Positions 39,301-53,920 of a stretch of DNA of 64,000 bases are shown here, in pieces (position 1 is the stretch's first letter; the number at the start of each line of letters is the position of its first letter). Where the stretch lies: positions 11,624-75,623 of the forward strand of contig NW_021834418.1 in the NCBI RefSeq assembly GCF_006345805.1. Reading direction: 5' to 3'. Position numbers and translations under genes: made by a program. Below the pieces are notes generated by a model. That model saw nothing but the letters and a program-made list of their open reading frames with translations, ran no database searches and was not told the origin of the DNA. The stretch comes from Octopus sinensis (taxonomy: Eukaryota).

Positions 39301-40644
39301 TGTATTCCGTCTTAAAATGAAAACACCCCAAATGAAACACCTCCGTACAAATATATCACCATTTCATGATCAATCTTCAGAAAACACGATAAAAGCTTAT
39401 AACTAACATCACTAAATCATGATGGTTTAATAAAAAAATACTCCCATACGTATCATTGTAACTACAATCAAGCGATCGATGAAAACCTCTGCAATCCAAT
39501 CGCGGATATTACCTATAAAGGATATTTGATATCCACTGAAGAAATACCACAAAATGTTGACTACCTAACTACTTGTCAGGTTACTAAAACATTGAAGTTT
39601 TCAGAAACACTTTTCGACAAGGGACAAGTACACGTCCCACGATGAACTATTTCAACCTACATTCACATATCCCGCCTTTTCTACAAAATCACACACACAC
39701 AGCTTCTCTCGTTCCTTCCCTGAAAACTGAGTGTGCCAAAATAAAATATATGAAACCACCAAGAAATATGAGTACACTTCAGGACCAGCATCAACCGAAT
39801 CTACAGCAACACCACAAAACATCAAGTTCAACAAATTATCTCCGTCTGTAACATAAAACTATCAAACTCGCAGAAGAGGAACTTGCTTCGAGATACATGC
39901 ATACAATAACTGTAACACACATAAACGACTTAGTAAGGAAATGAAGACGACTTTAAAATATACATTAGGTGGAATCAGTGCAACATTGTGAGTCTTTCAC
40001 ACTATACACAGCATGATTGCTCCTTGTATGTGGGAGTAGTTTGTAGAATGGCTGCCACATAAACGAAGGTATCCGTGGAAAGAGGGATTGTGGGGGCAGC
40101 ACGTTTTTTGTCCGATTATTGCGTGCCATAAGAATGCTCGATTGTGAAAAAGCTAGAGAAAAAGAATAATAATTAAGTAATATGAAAGCACGAAAAGCAA
40201 ATTGACAAATGAATATATGGAAACATTCAACATGGCGTTTCCAGTGAACAGTATTAGCGCTCAGTATTAGGCATAAGCAATGTTTAGGTTCGTTAAAATG
40301 TGCTAATGGCATATTTCAAAATCTAAAGGCAAATTCCGTGCAAAAAGCTGCAAAAACAGCATGTCAGTCCAGTGCTGCTCCCTATCGGGTTCCAGTTCAG
40401 CCGTTATCAAGAGAAAATACCGAAGAGTGGAATATCTGGACAAACTTAAAGCCATAGCTTAACTTAAACATAGTCAACAACAACGAGTAAGTGAAGCCAT
40501 TAGAGGCCAGGCTGGAGTCTGTCGTGAGTTACACGCCCTTCGGTATTTCTCTTTGATAATACTTCGCTAGAGGAGGTTGACTTCAACATTGTGCCCCAAC
40601 AGTAACTGCGGTCGCTCGTACGAGCACGCATTTTCACGCATATT

Positions 40645-41550
40645 TGTGTGTGTGGTGTTGTATGTGTGTGTGTTATGTGTCAGTGGTGTGTGTTAATGTG
40701 GTGTGTGTGTGTGTGTCGAATGTGTCATGTGTGTTAGTGTGAGTGTGTGTGTCAACGTGTGTGGTGTGTCAGCTGTGTGTGTGTCAGTGTGTGAGTCACG
40801 GTGTGTGTGGGTCAGTGTGTGTTAGTGTGTGTGTCAGTGTGTGTGTGTATATCTGTGTGTATGTGTGTGTTGTGTGTCAGTGATGTGTGTGTGTGAATGT
40901 GTGTGTGTGTTTCAGTGTGTATGGTGTTGAGTATGTCAGGTGTGTTGTGTGTGTGAGTGTGTGTGTGTGTGTCAGTGTGTGTGTGTATGTCAGTGTGTGT
41001 ATTGTGTGCAGCGGTGGTGTGCGTGTGTGTGTGTGTATGTCAGTGTGTGGTGTGTATATCAGTGTGTATGTGTGTGTGTGAATGTGGTGTGTGTGAATGT
41101 GTGTGTGTTGAATATGTGTGTGTGTTTCAGTGTGGATGTGTGTTTGAGTATGTCAGTGTGTGTGTGTGAGTGTGTGTGAGTGTGTGTGTGTGTGTATGTC
41201 AGTGTGTGTATGTGTGTCAGCGTGTGTGTGCGTGTGTGTGTGTATGTCAGTGTGTGTGTGGGTCTGTGTGTGTGTGTATGTCACTGTGTGTGTGTGTCAT
41301 GTGTGTGTGTGTATGTCAGTGTGTGTGTGTGTGTGTGTTGTGTGTATGTCAGTGTGTGTGTGTGTGTGTGTCAGTGTGTATGTGTGTTTGTATTTGTGTG
41401 TGTGTATCGTGTATGTGTGTGTGTGTGTGAGTGTGTGTGTGTTTGTCAGTGTTTGTGTGGTTCTCAGTGTCTGTGTGTGTGTTCTCAGTGTTGTGTCAGT
41501 TGTGTGTGTGTGGTGTGGTGTGTGGTGTGTGTGTGTCTTTGTGTCTGTGT
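40645..41550. repeat. (GT)n compound satellite upstream of copy E exon 1
   Basis: Seen directly. Confidence 0.95.
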
Positions 41551-41966
41551 ATTTGCTGGTTGAACGAAATACTTCCCACACTGTATATTAAAACAGCTTC
41601 CCAAGAATAAGAAATAAAATTAAAATAACAACATTAGTAAATAAATATATCATAATATATCCAGAAACAGGAATCATTTCACTTTACACGAGTCTCTCAT
41701 TCATCAAAATATTTTGCTAATTATTGTGTGACAATATCAAACCATCTCTTTCCCGTAATTAAACCTGTCAGACAAGTTCACACCCGCTTTTACAGTTCCA
41801 CCAATCGCATTGGTTCATAAATTTACGATAAGATCTATGCCAGAGCTGGTTGTTGTGCGCTCAATAAAACGTGGAATTCAGTTACAGGTCTTCAGCTTCA
41901 ACCTCGCATCTCGATCTTTGTTGAAGCCACACGAAGTATCACGTACGACCGACAACTGTCACCAGA

Positions 41967-42509
41967 ATGGATTTCGCACAACTGTCCAGGAATATTCGCA
42001 GCGTTATTCCATTTCTCTCTATAGCTTTTTGGGGTTCTTTCTCGTTCTGACGATCGTGATTCTTCATCAAGATTCAAGAATAGGAAAAATGGAAGAGAAA
42101 TCGAAAACGGTAAGTCATGGATTTTGTGTTAATATATGTATGTCTTTATGTATTTATATATGCATGTATGCATGTATGCATTTACGTATGTATGTATTAA
42201 TATGTGGATGTATGTATGTACCGATGGATGGATGAATCACGTACATATGTTCCTATAGAGCACACACACACACACACGATCACACACGTAATCACACACG
42301 AACACACAGGCGCACACACCTAAACATACATATATATACATATACATATATTTGTATATATAATATACATATATATGTATATATAAATATACATATATAA
42401 GAATATATTAGTGCGTGAACATATATAGATATATATATATACAAACAAATATATGCGTGTGTGTATCTATCATTGTATCTCTCTGTCTATCTCTCTCTCT
42501 CTATTTATC

Positions 42510-42552
<43 letters not shown>

Positions 42553-42939
42553 GCGTGTGTTTGTTTGTATATAAATATATTCTTTTACCCGTTTCAGTCA
42601 TTTGACTGCGGCCATGCTACAGCACTGCGTTTAGTAGGACAAATCGACTTCAGGAATTATTCTTTGTAAGCCTATTGCTCATTCTATCGGTATTTCTAGC
42701 CGAACCGCTATGTAACGCGGACATAAACACACCGACATCAGCTGAGAATCGATAGTGGTGCGACAATAACAGACACATACATAAAACATAGATACATACA
42801 CACTATGTGTGCTATACACACACACACACACTTACATCTATATATATATATATATATATACATAACATATATACATACACACATATATAGTTACGTATGT
42901 ATGAATATACATATCTATCTATCAATCTATTTATCTACA

Positions 42940-42977
<38 letters not shown>

Positions 42978-43754
42978 CTATCTATCTATCTATCTATCTA
43001 TATATATATATATATATTATATATATATATATTATATATACATATACATATACACACATCCCTAGTAAACACAAAGAAGGGTGGAATTGTACTCCTGTCC
43101 GATCGCTCTTTCACCAGACATAATCCTGGAGAGGGAGATAAGTGCGTAATGAAAAAAATCTAATGGTGGGGTTCTAGCATGGCCATGCCCTGTCGCTGCA
43201 ACGTTTAGCCCTATTAATATTAGTGTTAAGTATTATATCTAGATGTACACTTACACACACGCACAGAAACAGACACATACACACACACACACTCACACAC
43301 ACATAAGAATACGTACATATTTACACACATTTATCTATTTCTCTCCATCAGGAACGGAAGTGAGGCGAGTTTTTTTGAATCTTTTCTTTCCAACTGAAAA
43401 TAAAACGTGCGAGTGCCAATGTAGATCGGTGAATTTCGTAACGTTTGACTGTAATTCACGTAGGTTTTTATATATGACAATATGTAAGAACGAATGTAAA
43501 TACACACACACATCCGCACGGACACAGACACACGTGCTCAATTGTACACGAACAATCACACTATACAGTGTATGTCCACTCACATATATGTGTGCGTTTG
43601 TGTGTGTGTATGCGTATAAGTAGATACGTATATTTGTGATATTTATGGTGTGTATGCCTATGTGTACGTGTATACCTATATATTGATATGTATTTATATA
43701 TATATATACACACATATATATACATATATATACATATATATTTATATATATATA

Positions 43755-43801
<47 letters not shown>

Positions 43802-46800
43802 ATATATATGTGTGTGTGTGTGTGTATGTCTGTGTGGAGGCGCAGTGGCCCAGTAGTTAGGGCAGCGGACTCAGGGTTGTAGGATCGCAGTTTCGATTCG
43901 CAGACTGGGCGTTGAGTGCGTTTAAAGCTCCACGGGGTTCAGGGAGTGCGTTGTTGTGATCACTGCTGTACTCTTTCGCTACAACCTTCTCCTTTTTTTC
44001 TGTTGGCCTGCTCGCTTAGCCAGCGGGGTGGCGTCATTGTGACCAGCGATATGTAGCAACTACTGATAGCCCGGTCTGTAACGGGGATCACGGAGATATA
44101 TGTATCATACGCACACAATAGACACACAAACACCAACACACGTACATACACTCACACCAGCACAGTTACCCACAATACTCATACAGATACGCACACACTT
44201 TATACATAGACACACACGCACATGCACGTACTTAAGCGCACACACGCACACAAACACACGCACGCACATTACGCCCACACAACTCCAACCCCTCCCCCCC
44301 CACACACGCATGTACAAATTCACATACACACCGATACATATACATACACACAATATATGCCTACACGCGCACACACAACTACACATTGTATTGGCATCCT
44401 TTCTGTCTCGGGAGAAAATGGAGTTGCGCATGTTTTTTTTTTTTTTGTAGTCTAGTCCGGCTTTTATATTTCATGTCCTGATACATTTCCTGCTGTGGCT
44501 GTGTAGTCCTATCCTGGACAAACACTCCCTCTGGCAGGTACCGCAAATGTAGCGAAGACTGTTCCTGGCTGGTTGTAATGCCATAGTCTCTTGTTGACGT
44601 CTCTTCTTTTCTCTCCATTTCTCCTCTCTCTCTCTGTCACTCTTTTGTATTCCCTCTTTTACGGTACGTCGCCATTCTCCACGGTTGCCGGCGACTGCCT
44701 CCCAACCGCTAATATTGATGTTGCAGGCCTTCATATCCCTTTTGCAAACATCCCTGTAACGTAAGATCGGTCTACCCACAGACCTAGTACCCCTAGCAAG
44801 CTCTCCGTAGAGTATGTCCTTGGGGATTCTGCCATCTTTCATACGGCTAACATGCCCAAGCTATCTCATACGTCTTTGCGTGAGGAGTGCAAACATGCTT
44901 GGTATTCCTGCTTGCCTGAGGACATTTTTGTTGGGGATATGATTCTGCCATTTGATGCGGAGGATTTTTCGGAGGCCATCGCAGCAGCTGCCTTGCCAAT
45001 GCGTATATTGAGCTCAGCGTCAAGGGATAGGTTGTAAGTGACGGTAGAGCCCAGATAGGTAAACTTCTCCACCTCTTGTAATCTGTGGTCTCCAATATGT
45101 ATGTTTGGGATGTCCGATATAGCCTGGCCCATGATGTTGGTCTTCTTAAGGCTGATAGCTAAGCCAAAGTCCTTACATGCTTGCTCAAAACAGTTAATGA
45201 ACCTTTGGAGGGCTTCTTCTGTGTGTGTTACCAGAGCGGCATCATCAGCAAATAACATCTCCTTGATCAGGACGTTTCTGATTTTGGTCTTGGCACGCAG
45301 GCGCGAGAGATTGAACAGTTTCCCGTCACTTCTACTGTGCAGAAACACTCCATCATCTGATGTCTGAAAGGCATGTGACAGTAAGAGTGAGAAGAAGATG
45401 CCAAACAATGTAGGAGCGAGGACACAGCCTTGCTTTACCCCGTTTTTTATTTGGAAGGCGGCTGATGTTGAACCGTTGTGCTGTATGGTGCCTTGCATGT
45501 CATCATGGAAAGACTTGATGATCCTCAGCAGCTTTGGTATACATCCGATTTTTTGGAGCAGGAGGAAGAGGCCTGTTCTGCTTACCGAGTCAAAAGCCTT
45601 TGTTAGATCAATGAAGGCCATATATAATGGCATTTTCTGCTCTCTGGACTTCTCCTGAAGTTGGCGTATGGAGAATATCATATCGATAGTTGATCTGCTT
45701 CTTCTAAAGCCACACTGCGATTCCGGATAGATTCGAGAAGCAAGTAGTTGTAACCTGGCCAGGATAACGCGGGCAAAGGTCTTTCCAACAGTGCTTAGAA
45801 GGGATATACCACGGTAATTGTTACAATCACCACGGTCACCTTTGTTTTTGTAAAGCGTAATGATGTTGGCATCCCGCATATCCTGAGGGACTGTACCCTC
45901 TTCCCAGCACTGACACAGAAGCTCATGAAGGTGCCGAAACAGGATGGTGTTTTTGCCGGCTTTGATGATCTCTGAGGGGATGCCGTCTTTTCCCGGAGCC
46001 TTATTTCTTGCTAGGGAGTCAACAGCCTTGGTGAGCTCTGCTTTAGATGGCGGACTGTCAAGTGCGCACATGACTGGCAAGATCTTGACGCTCTCGACTG
46101 CAGCCTCAGCCACTGTGGTCTCCCGTGAGTAGAGATCCTGGTAGTGCTCCACCCATCTATCCATTTGCTTGCCTTGATCCCTGATGAGATCTCCAGTAGT
46201 TGATTTCAGAGGGGCTGACTTGGTTGCGGATGGACCGAGGGCCTTCTTCAAACCGGCATACATCCCACGGGTGTCGCCCCTGTCAGCAGCTGACTGGATA
46301 CTCTGAGAGATTTCCTGCCAATACCTATTTGCACACATACACATACGTTAATACATATAGACACAGACACACACACACACACAAGCAAAAACATGCGCAC
46401 ACATACGCACGCACACACGCACACGAATGCACACACCTAAAACTCACAACCCCACGAATACACGTATATACACCTATATACGCTTACACACATACAAACG
46501 CACACGTACACGCACACACAAATACACGCACATACGACACGCACGCACATACATACACACACACACTACAAACAAAACACACACACGATACATATACATA
46601 CACGCACACACAAACATACTTCAAACTAGCAGTACCTACTATTTGACCTGTGGTAGAGACAAAAGGAGCCACGCCCAATTCCTTCTTCATTGACCTTAAC
46701 ACTACTAGCCCTACAACACGCAAAGATTAACAGCCACAACTACACACACATACACACACACACGTGTCATCATTGCACACATACACACAGACACACACAC

Positions 46801-47142
46801 GCACACGCAGACCTCCGCGCACGCTCTTATCCACACTTACACACACATTCCTCCTCCTCTACCACTCTCCTGTCTTTGAAAGAACTTTTCATCACCCATT
46901 CCCTTCCGGTCATTCAAAATGTGACGGCGTGTGTACCGTTGGCGATTTTTTTTCCGCTGTCTTCCCTCCTCTGGATCTTTCCTTCTCGTATGTTTCCGAC
47001 GAAGAGCTCCACCCGAAACGTTAAACCCTCCTTCTTTCCTTCTTTCCTTCCTCGTCCAATAATACCATATTTGTTCCACGTCCTCGCGTTGATGTTTTTT
47101 TTGTGCTTTCTTGTTTGGATTATATTTAACTATATATACATG

Positions 47143-47190
<48 letters not shown>

Positions 47191-47213
47191 ATATATGTGG
47201 AGAAATATGTGTG

Positions 47214-47248
<35 letters not shown>

Positions 47249-50200
47249 ACTAGCAGACGTACCCGGTATATAATATATTCCAGTCATTTTGAAACAGGTG
47301 ATATGGGAAAGTGTAACATTGACAACAAAACATTTGTAGAGTAAATGCTGGGCTAATTCAACTAAGCAACATGCTATGAGTCCGTTTGGAGTGTTTCAAG
47401 CCCTAACCTGTCATGCAAAATTGGAGCTGGGGTTTCTGTGATTTTTGAATGCACCGAAAAGCTGTCAGTGGATATACTCTCCTTTGCAGCAGTGTGCGCT
47501 GTGTCTAACACGACCCATCATCGGAAATTTTGACACCTCTAGTCGGGTTTGTTGTCCTACATCACTCATTGAGTAAATTTGGAGGAACTGTGGTTGTTTA
47601 TTGGCGGGTACCAGAGAACCAATGGGGCGATAGACTTGGCCTTGAACTTTCACATCGGCGTAAATTCATGTTTATCTATCTTCTTAGATTCACCAAACGA
47701 TGTCATTTGAAAAGCAGACTTGTATTATCTGATATTGTTCAGAAAATCCTTTGACTGGATTGAAGCGCTTTCTACAAGATTCCTAAGGGGTTGAGATGGT
47801 AGTGTTGGCAATGATACCTGTCCGAATCTGTTGTCATCTATTGCATTGTTTTAAGTTCTAAACGATAATAAATACTCTGAAGTACTATTTATATGATGCT
47901 ATTTCTATTTTTTCACAGAACCGTTTCATCTCCAAGAAATCTCTCGACGATAAACCTGATGACACACCAAGTAAGAACTAATTTTATTGCTAAAGTCTTT
48001 TACCCGTGACTCTTTAACTAATGAATTATAATTTCACCAACTTTGAATTAGTTCCACATTATTATCCATATGTCCATAATACTATATACTAAGACACTTG
48101 CCTGAATTTATTTCAAAATATATTCTACTTTACAATAACTTCCTAACTAAAATGTTACTCTAATATACTATGCCGTGTATTGTGTGTATATGAGTATATA
48201 TGCAGCGCTACGTCAAGAATTGTACTAAGCCCTCTTCATCTGAGAATCAAATGCCCGAGCTGGCGCTTCACTGCGTTTATATCTACAATTCAGCATCCTG
48301 TCCACTCTTCTGCTTCCAATCGTTTCGTGAATAGAGACCCGAAATAATGATGTTCCACTTTCCTACACAGTGCGTATTTGTCAGTCCTGCCTTGGGGTAC
48401 TCGGTAGCCAACCAATTCATTGCACGTTGTTGGTGACCATCAGACGAATCAGGTAGCAGGATGCCGTCTACAAATAAAAGTCGACCGATCAAGTAGAGAT
48501 GAATTGGGATACCTCTACCACAATGGCTGCGCATATTCAACCAGATCACAAAAAAGAATTTGAGAAGGGGCACTAACAATGCGCACTTCAACTAAGTGAA
48601 ACGTTCACGTTGTAAACTTTCGACTTTTACATAAATACATTCATTTGAACATCCATATAAGTACTTTATGGCAACCAGTATTTGCCCATTAAACTCACCT
48701 TCCGCGTAAACCATCCGCAACATGCCCCAGGGCACGTGATCGTGTGCCTTTTCGTGGTTTAAAGCGTATTCCTCTTGGAAGTTCTTCAACGTTTGATGGA
48801 ATATCTGTTTTGAACGACTATCTGGTCGGGTGTTCCGCGTCCCGGACAGTAATCTTGGGCACGATAATTTCCCTACATATCTTTTCCTGACATCAAGTGT
48901 AGACTTTTCTATAATTAAAACACACACTTTGGTCTCTGTTTGAAAACATTGTGATTGTTACCCCATATTACCATTGCCTTGGTGATTTTTCCAGAGGTCC
49001 CATCCACCTAGCGTACATGGGTCACTCAGAGAATACCATCTGTATTTATGGCTTCTAAAATATCAAGCCGGACGTACATTTCACCAGCAGCATTACCACT
49101 TTTAAGTGAATTTAGCGCAAATAAGCGTTCAACCGAAGAAGAACCTGCCGAAAAATAATACAATCACGAACCCATTTCGAGGTCCAAGTTCATACGGGTG
49201 GGTCACTCACAATTTGGATGCAAAAGTCTCCACATTTTCGTTTCCGATCCCAGCATCCACTGCGGCTTCCAACTGTATTCTGTAGGTCGCACTGGACTTA
49301 CCAATTTTCACTGTGCGGCAGACTGTGAGAATTTTCAGGTTTTCAGACAGTTAGGTAGTGCCGAGTTGACAACTCCACCCCTTCCTTTTACCCGAACGTT
49401 CACCAAAGAGTTAAAGATCACCAAACTCTATCAAAAACCTCTGTCACCAAGTATTTCTATATCAGGTACCCTTATAAATATCCCTGTCTTAAAATAATAT
49501 CTATACCAGAGAGAGGAGAGTGTGTATCCTGCACAGAAGCCTGCTATGACCTCTCCATTAAGTTCACTGACGACATTCCTTCCAATCAATCCTTCTCACG
49601 GTTATCAGTGCCAAGGTGTGCACTGAAGTTTCCTTGCAGGACAAATGACTTTACCCCAAATATATCTAAAGCTGAGGTGAATTTGCTTAGAAAGGATTTG
49701 TATTTGAATTCGCATTTTGCTGCATATACAAAGAGTACGCTAAGGGCTCAAAGGAATAGCCATACCGAATCATCCATCGAGTCGGATAAAAGCAGTTGCC
49801 TCTGGAACTTGATTGGAGAAGACGATTCGGAAAATATAATGCAGTCTCCACCCAACTCAATCTGAGATGCATTGGGATGGAATACAAAATATGCGTCTTC
49901 CAAACCACGTAGCAGGTCCAGAAGGGATCAACCGTTCATAATTGAGAATTAGACTGTCAAAACCGGACGATACAAAACGCTGCCTGTTATATATAATCGG
50001 TGTCTCCTCAAGAAAGCTTCGTTACTTCGGAGGCATACACTTGGAAGTAGGTTGGAAACGTCACTGTGCAGGCGTGGTGCCAACTATGTCTGCACAGTCG
50101 GAAGTGGGATGCTCACGATCCCTGGTTTTCAGATTGGATTATGGAGTGAATCCCACTAGGTATTAAGGGATAACTCCTGAAGCTCAAGCAGAATGAAGGA

Positions 50201-50571
50201 GTGGTGTAGCTGCTGGAAGTAAATGCACCCAATAGCGAGGGCAAATACAAATGCTTCCTTAACAAAGTCACTGCAGCTTTGGATATATTTGGGGTAAAGT
50301 CATTTGTCTTACAAGGAGACTTCCGTGCACACTTTGACGCTGATAACCGCAAGAAGTATTGATTGGGTGGAATCGCCTCACACAACTTAATGGGGTGGCC
50401 ATACTAGTCTTCTGGAAGGAAACGGACTCTCTTCGCGCCAAACACCAATCTGATATTCGTAAATGGCCAATCAGGTGCCAAGAATTGATAATATGGCTAA
50501 CATATCTATAAAAGAAGAACTTAATCATTTTTATTGTCACAAATATATATAAATGTATATATATATATGTA

Positions 50572-50603
<32 letters not shown>

Positions 50604-50890
50604 GGATCTTTCAACCCTATTATCTCCCCTAATTTCGCTCTCGCGTCTCATGTTTGATCTTTGACTTCTGGCTGAAATCAGATCGCCATGTTGATTCGTT
50701 AGTTACTGCACGCATTTTTTTCTCTCCTTCTTTCTGTGTTTTTTTTCTCTGTGTATCTTTCTGTTGAAGAGCGTAGGCTCGAAACGTTAAAGACTTGTTT
50801 TATTTATATTTCCTGAGCGCCATACTAATACAATTGTTTGTTTGTTTTCCACCTGCCTTCGTCTTTTGTCTATTTTCATAAAGCTTCCCG

Positions 50891-50945
<55 letters not shown>

Positions 50946-51364
50946 CGCAGGAGTGGCTATGTCGTAAGTAGCTTGCTAACCAACCACATGGTTCCGGGTT
51001 CAGTCCCACTGCGTGGCACCTTGGGCAAGTGTCTTCTACTATAGCCCCGGGCCGACCAATGCCTTGTGAGTGGATTTGGTAGACGGAAACTGAAAGAAGC
51101 CTGTCGTATATATGTATATATATGTGTATATGTATGTGTGTGTTTTGTTGTGTCTGTGTTGGTCCCCCTAGCATTGCTTGACAACCGATGCTGGTGTTTT
51201 ACGTCCCCGTCACCTAGCGGTTCGGCAAAAGAGACCGATAGAATAAGTACTAGGCTTACAAAGAATAAGTCCCGGGGTCGATTTGCTTGACTAAAGGCGG
51301 TGCTCCAGCATGGCCGCAGTCAAATTACTGAAACAAATAAAAGAGTAAAAGGAAAAAAGTAAAG

Positions 51365-51403
<39 letters not shown>

Positions 51404-53920
51404 TCACATCCAAGTTCAACTACAAAACAAACATCCGTTCTTAAGGGAGACAAATACACATTCTGATATTCTGAGATTAATCTCTGAATTCGTTGACATC
51501 AACGTCAACAACAGGCTCAATAGACAAATGACTAATTTTCTTCGTTTAAATTTATTCTTTGCGAATCATTTACTTCTTTCATTCTGATTCTCATTCATTC
51601 ACTCATTCTTTTTCTCTTAAATTCTAAATTTCTTTCCTCTCTCTCAATTTCTTCCAAACCAACAACATCCTTTGTATAGGATTCAAGAATTCTTTCTTTT
51701 AAACTAAATTGTTTCATTTTAATTTCACAGAACCCGGTCTCGGATCATTGTATACCCGGTGGGGCAGAAATACTTGTCCTCCTTATTCAAACCTTGTCTA
51801 TGACGGTTAGTATACTCTGTATTTCTATCCTCTCTTTCTCACACGCACACGCACGCACACTCAAGCAAATCATGTGATATATCACGTTTGAAACGACACC
51901 TATAGACCCTATAGAGACTGCACAATACTGCTTACTCCTTTGTAGGTATTTGGTCAAATCAGAATTTTAAATGTTGTCTAATATGGACCAGGTGAAAAGG
52001 ATGTTGTCTAACCTCAGAATATAGATATCTCTACGTTTAATTATAGATAGGGACTAGACTGGAATCCAGTTAGCGATCAAGGACTCCTGGCTGACTTGTA
52101 TGGAGTGTAGATATCAAATACCGAGGCTGCTAACTGGTGATCAAGTGTACTGGATACGGATGGTGGTATTGTACGTGAGTGACCAGAGCTGAAAGTTGCC
52201 ACTTGTCTATCATTAACTAGAGTGTCTATTGATTGTAGTTATAGACTAAATTGAACAAGGTCTAATTAGAATTGATGAATGAATGTATATGGTTAATGAA
52301 ATGAACGCAGAATGTACAATGTGGACTGGACAGACCACACACTATAACTAATGGACAAAGCTAACTTAGGGTCGTATGTATTATGCAAAATGTGGAGGGA
52401 TGAAGTACCACTGAGAGAACCCAAGTGAGTACATATTGCACTACTATTCTTCTCCACCTCACCAAAATCGTCCTATCCCTCAAACCTATCTCTTTTCATG
52501 CAACACCTCGCCTCATTAATTGTCCAGTGTATCTTTGTAAGGTAACACCGGCACATCCAATTCAAAGCTACTTCTTCCCACATCTTCTCCAACCAACCTC
52601 ATATCCTTTGTGAATCTGCTCTCTATAAACCCTACACATATCGTTTATCGGTCGCCCACTCCGCTGTCCATTCTTCTTAAGCACGACGCCATCAATGAGC
52701 TTCAAAATTCACCCCACCTCAGTTCATGCTTTGCATGAAATAAAATCTGTGTGATCATAATATTATAGTATGTGGTAGGCCCGTCTCGTGGTAGGGCTGA
52801 CTCGTCCGAGACAAACCGATGGATATAGCCAGCCACACCCGTATGGTCGGATAAACAGTATTTCGTCCCCTCTTACCCACCAGTTCTCTGCATCTCGCCG
52901 TCTCTCGTATTGTTCTACTCAAACCACATGCAATTCCCGTCACCAACAATTTTCCCGTTCAAACGGGAACGACATCTTTTCCATTTCGGGAAATCACGAC
53001 CACATGCGTTACAAAATCCCTTTCCTTTCTCCGTTTATTGACATCCACACACGAACATCTACCCCATGCAATACACATCACAACCACAAATACTTACCCG
53101 TACACACACACACGCACATACACACACACACAGACACACACAAACACACACACACACAAACACACGCAAACACACACACACACATAAAATCACACACACA
53201 CACACACATGAAGAGAAGAGAAAAGCACAGCTGCGAACGCATGCGCACTCCCATCCAGCGACACACAGCTTACACTCACATAAGCACTAACACCACAATT
53301 CGTTCACACGTGACTAAACATGACTCCTTTTAAGGGTCAAACTGTAATGAATGTTTCCGTTATTTCATATATAATTTTGCTTATTATCCTTTTTACTTGA
53401 TTTATTCTTACCAATTCTAGGTGTGGTGGGTGGACAATTTTATGACCACACAGGTGGTGGAAGTAATCTCTTATGTCTACCTAACGATCCCATTTGGGCC
53501 AATTATACTACAAAAGTTGAAGAAGGTGGTTCAATTTTTGGCAGTGAATATCAATTAGATTTATACCCAACTAATAAACTCTTCTCTTTTGCTAACGCTA
53601 AATCACTTCATGATCACAACGTTCCGTGTGCTGTCTGTTTGACACGACAACCTTCTGTTGTTATGATGTTACCAGCCAGGACAAAGTGTTACGCTGGTTG
53701 GACAGCTGAGTATTCAGGATATTTGATGTCCGGTTATTTCGGGCAGAAGGGCAGACAAGAATATGTGTGTGTGGATTATGCACCAGAAGCTGATCCAGCA
53801 GGTTACAGAAACGAAGATGGAGCTCTATTATATTTCGTTCAGGCTGTTTGTGGTTCATTGCCATGTCCACCGTATGTCAATGGTCAAGAATTAACCTGCG
53901 TTGTTTGCAGTAAATATTGA
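41967..53920 (+). CDS. Short-chain collagen C4-like (spongin NC1-like) protein, copy E, best preserved: exon 1 41967-42109, exon 2 47919-47970, exon 3 51731-51805, exon 4 53421-53920
   Basis: Exons 2-4 splice in frame: NRFISKKSLDDKPDDTPKPGLGSLYTRWGRNTCPPYSNLVYDGVVGGQFYDHTGGGSNLLCLPNDP...CGSLPCPPYVNGQELTCVVCSKY*. Exon 1 has a net -1 nt from short T/CT-run indels, possibly an assembly error. Confidence 0.8.
44388..46336 (-). mobile_element. Young 5'-truncated RTE (BovB-like) LINE in intron 1 of copy E
   Basis: 492-aa RT ORF (KAPGKDGIP, NNYRGISLL, FIDLTKAFDSV, GVKQGCVLAP, LFADD), C-terminal GLHSHSRKC and RTE-type 3' end (ctcccgagacagaaaggatgccaa). Internal deletion near 44975. Confidence 0.95.
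47450..47825 (-). mobile_element. Helitron fragment, copy E intron 1
   Basis: KVQGQVYRPIGSLVPANKQPQFLQIY. Confidence 0.8.
48230..50490 (-). mobile_element. Ancient RTE-like LINE relic, copy E intron 2, with the segment ~49728-50416 inverted
   Basis: The 50113-50385 minus-strand translation matches the 8176-8448 plus-strand translation. Confidence 0.75.
50603..50892 (+). mobile_element. Probable Penelope pseudo-LTR fragment in a TA tract, with a minimal hammerhead-like motif
   Basis: ctgttga-a-gagc-gtag-gctc-gaaa-cg-tta at 50761-50789. Absent from the paralogous site in copy C. Confidence 0.5.
50944..51350 (+). mobile_element. tRNA-derived SINE (family 1), copy E intron 2, same position as 21298 in copy C
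   Basis: Sequence identity and shared flank. Confidence 0.85.

Noticed and set aside
44388-46324. 9-bp inverted match gtattggca / tgccaatac near the two ends of the RTE element, resembling TIRs
   Set aside because: The ORF homology (CANRYW) continues past it and the element is a LINE, so this is most likely chance.
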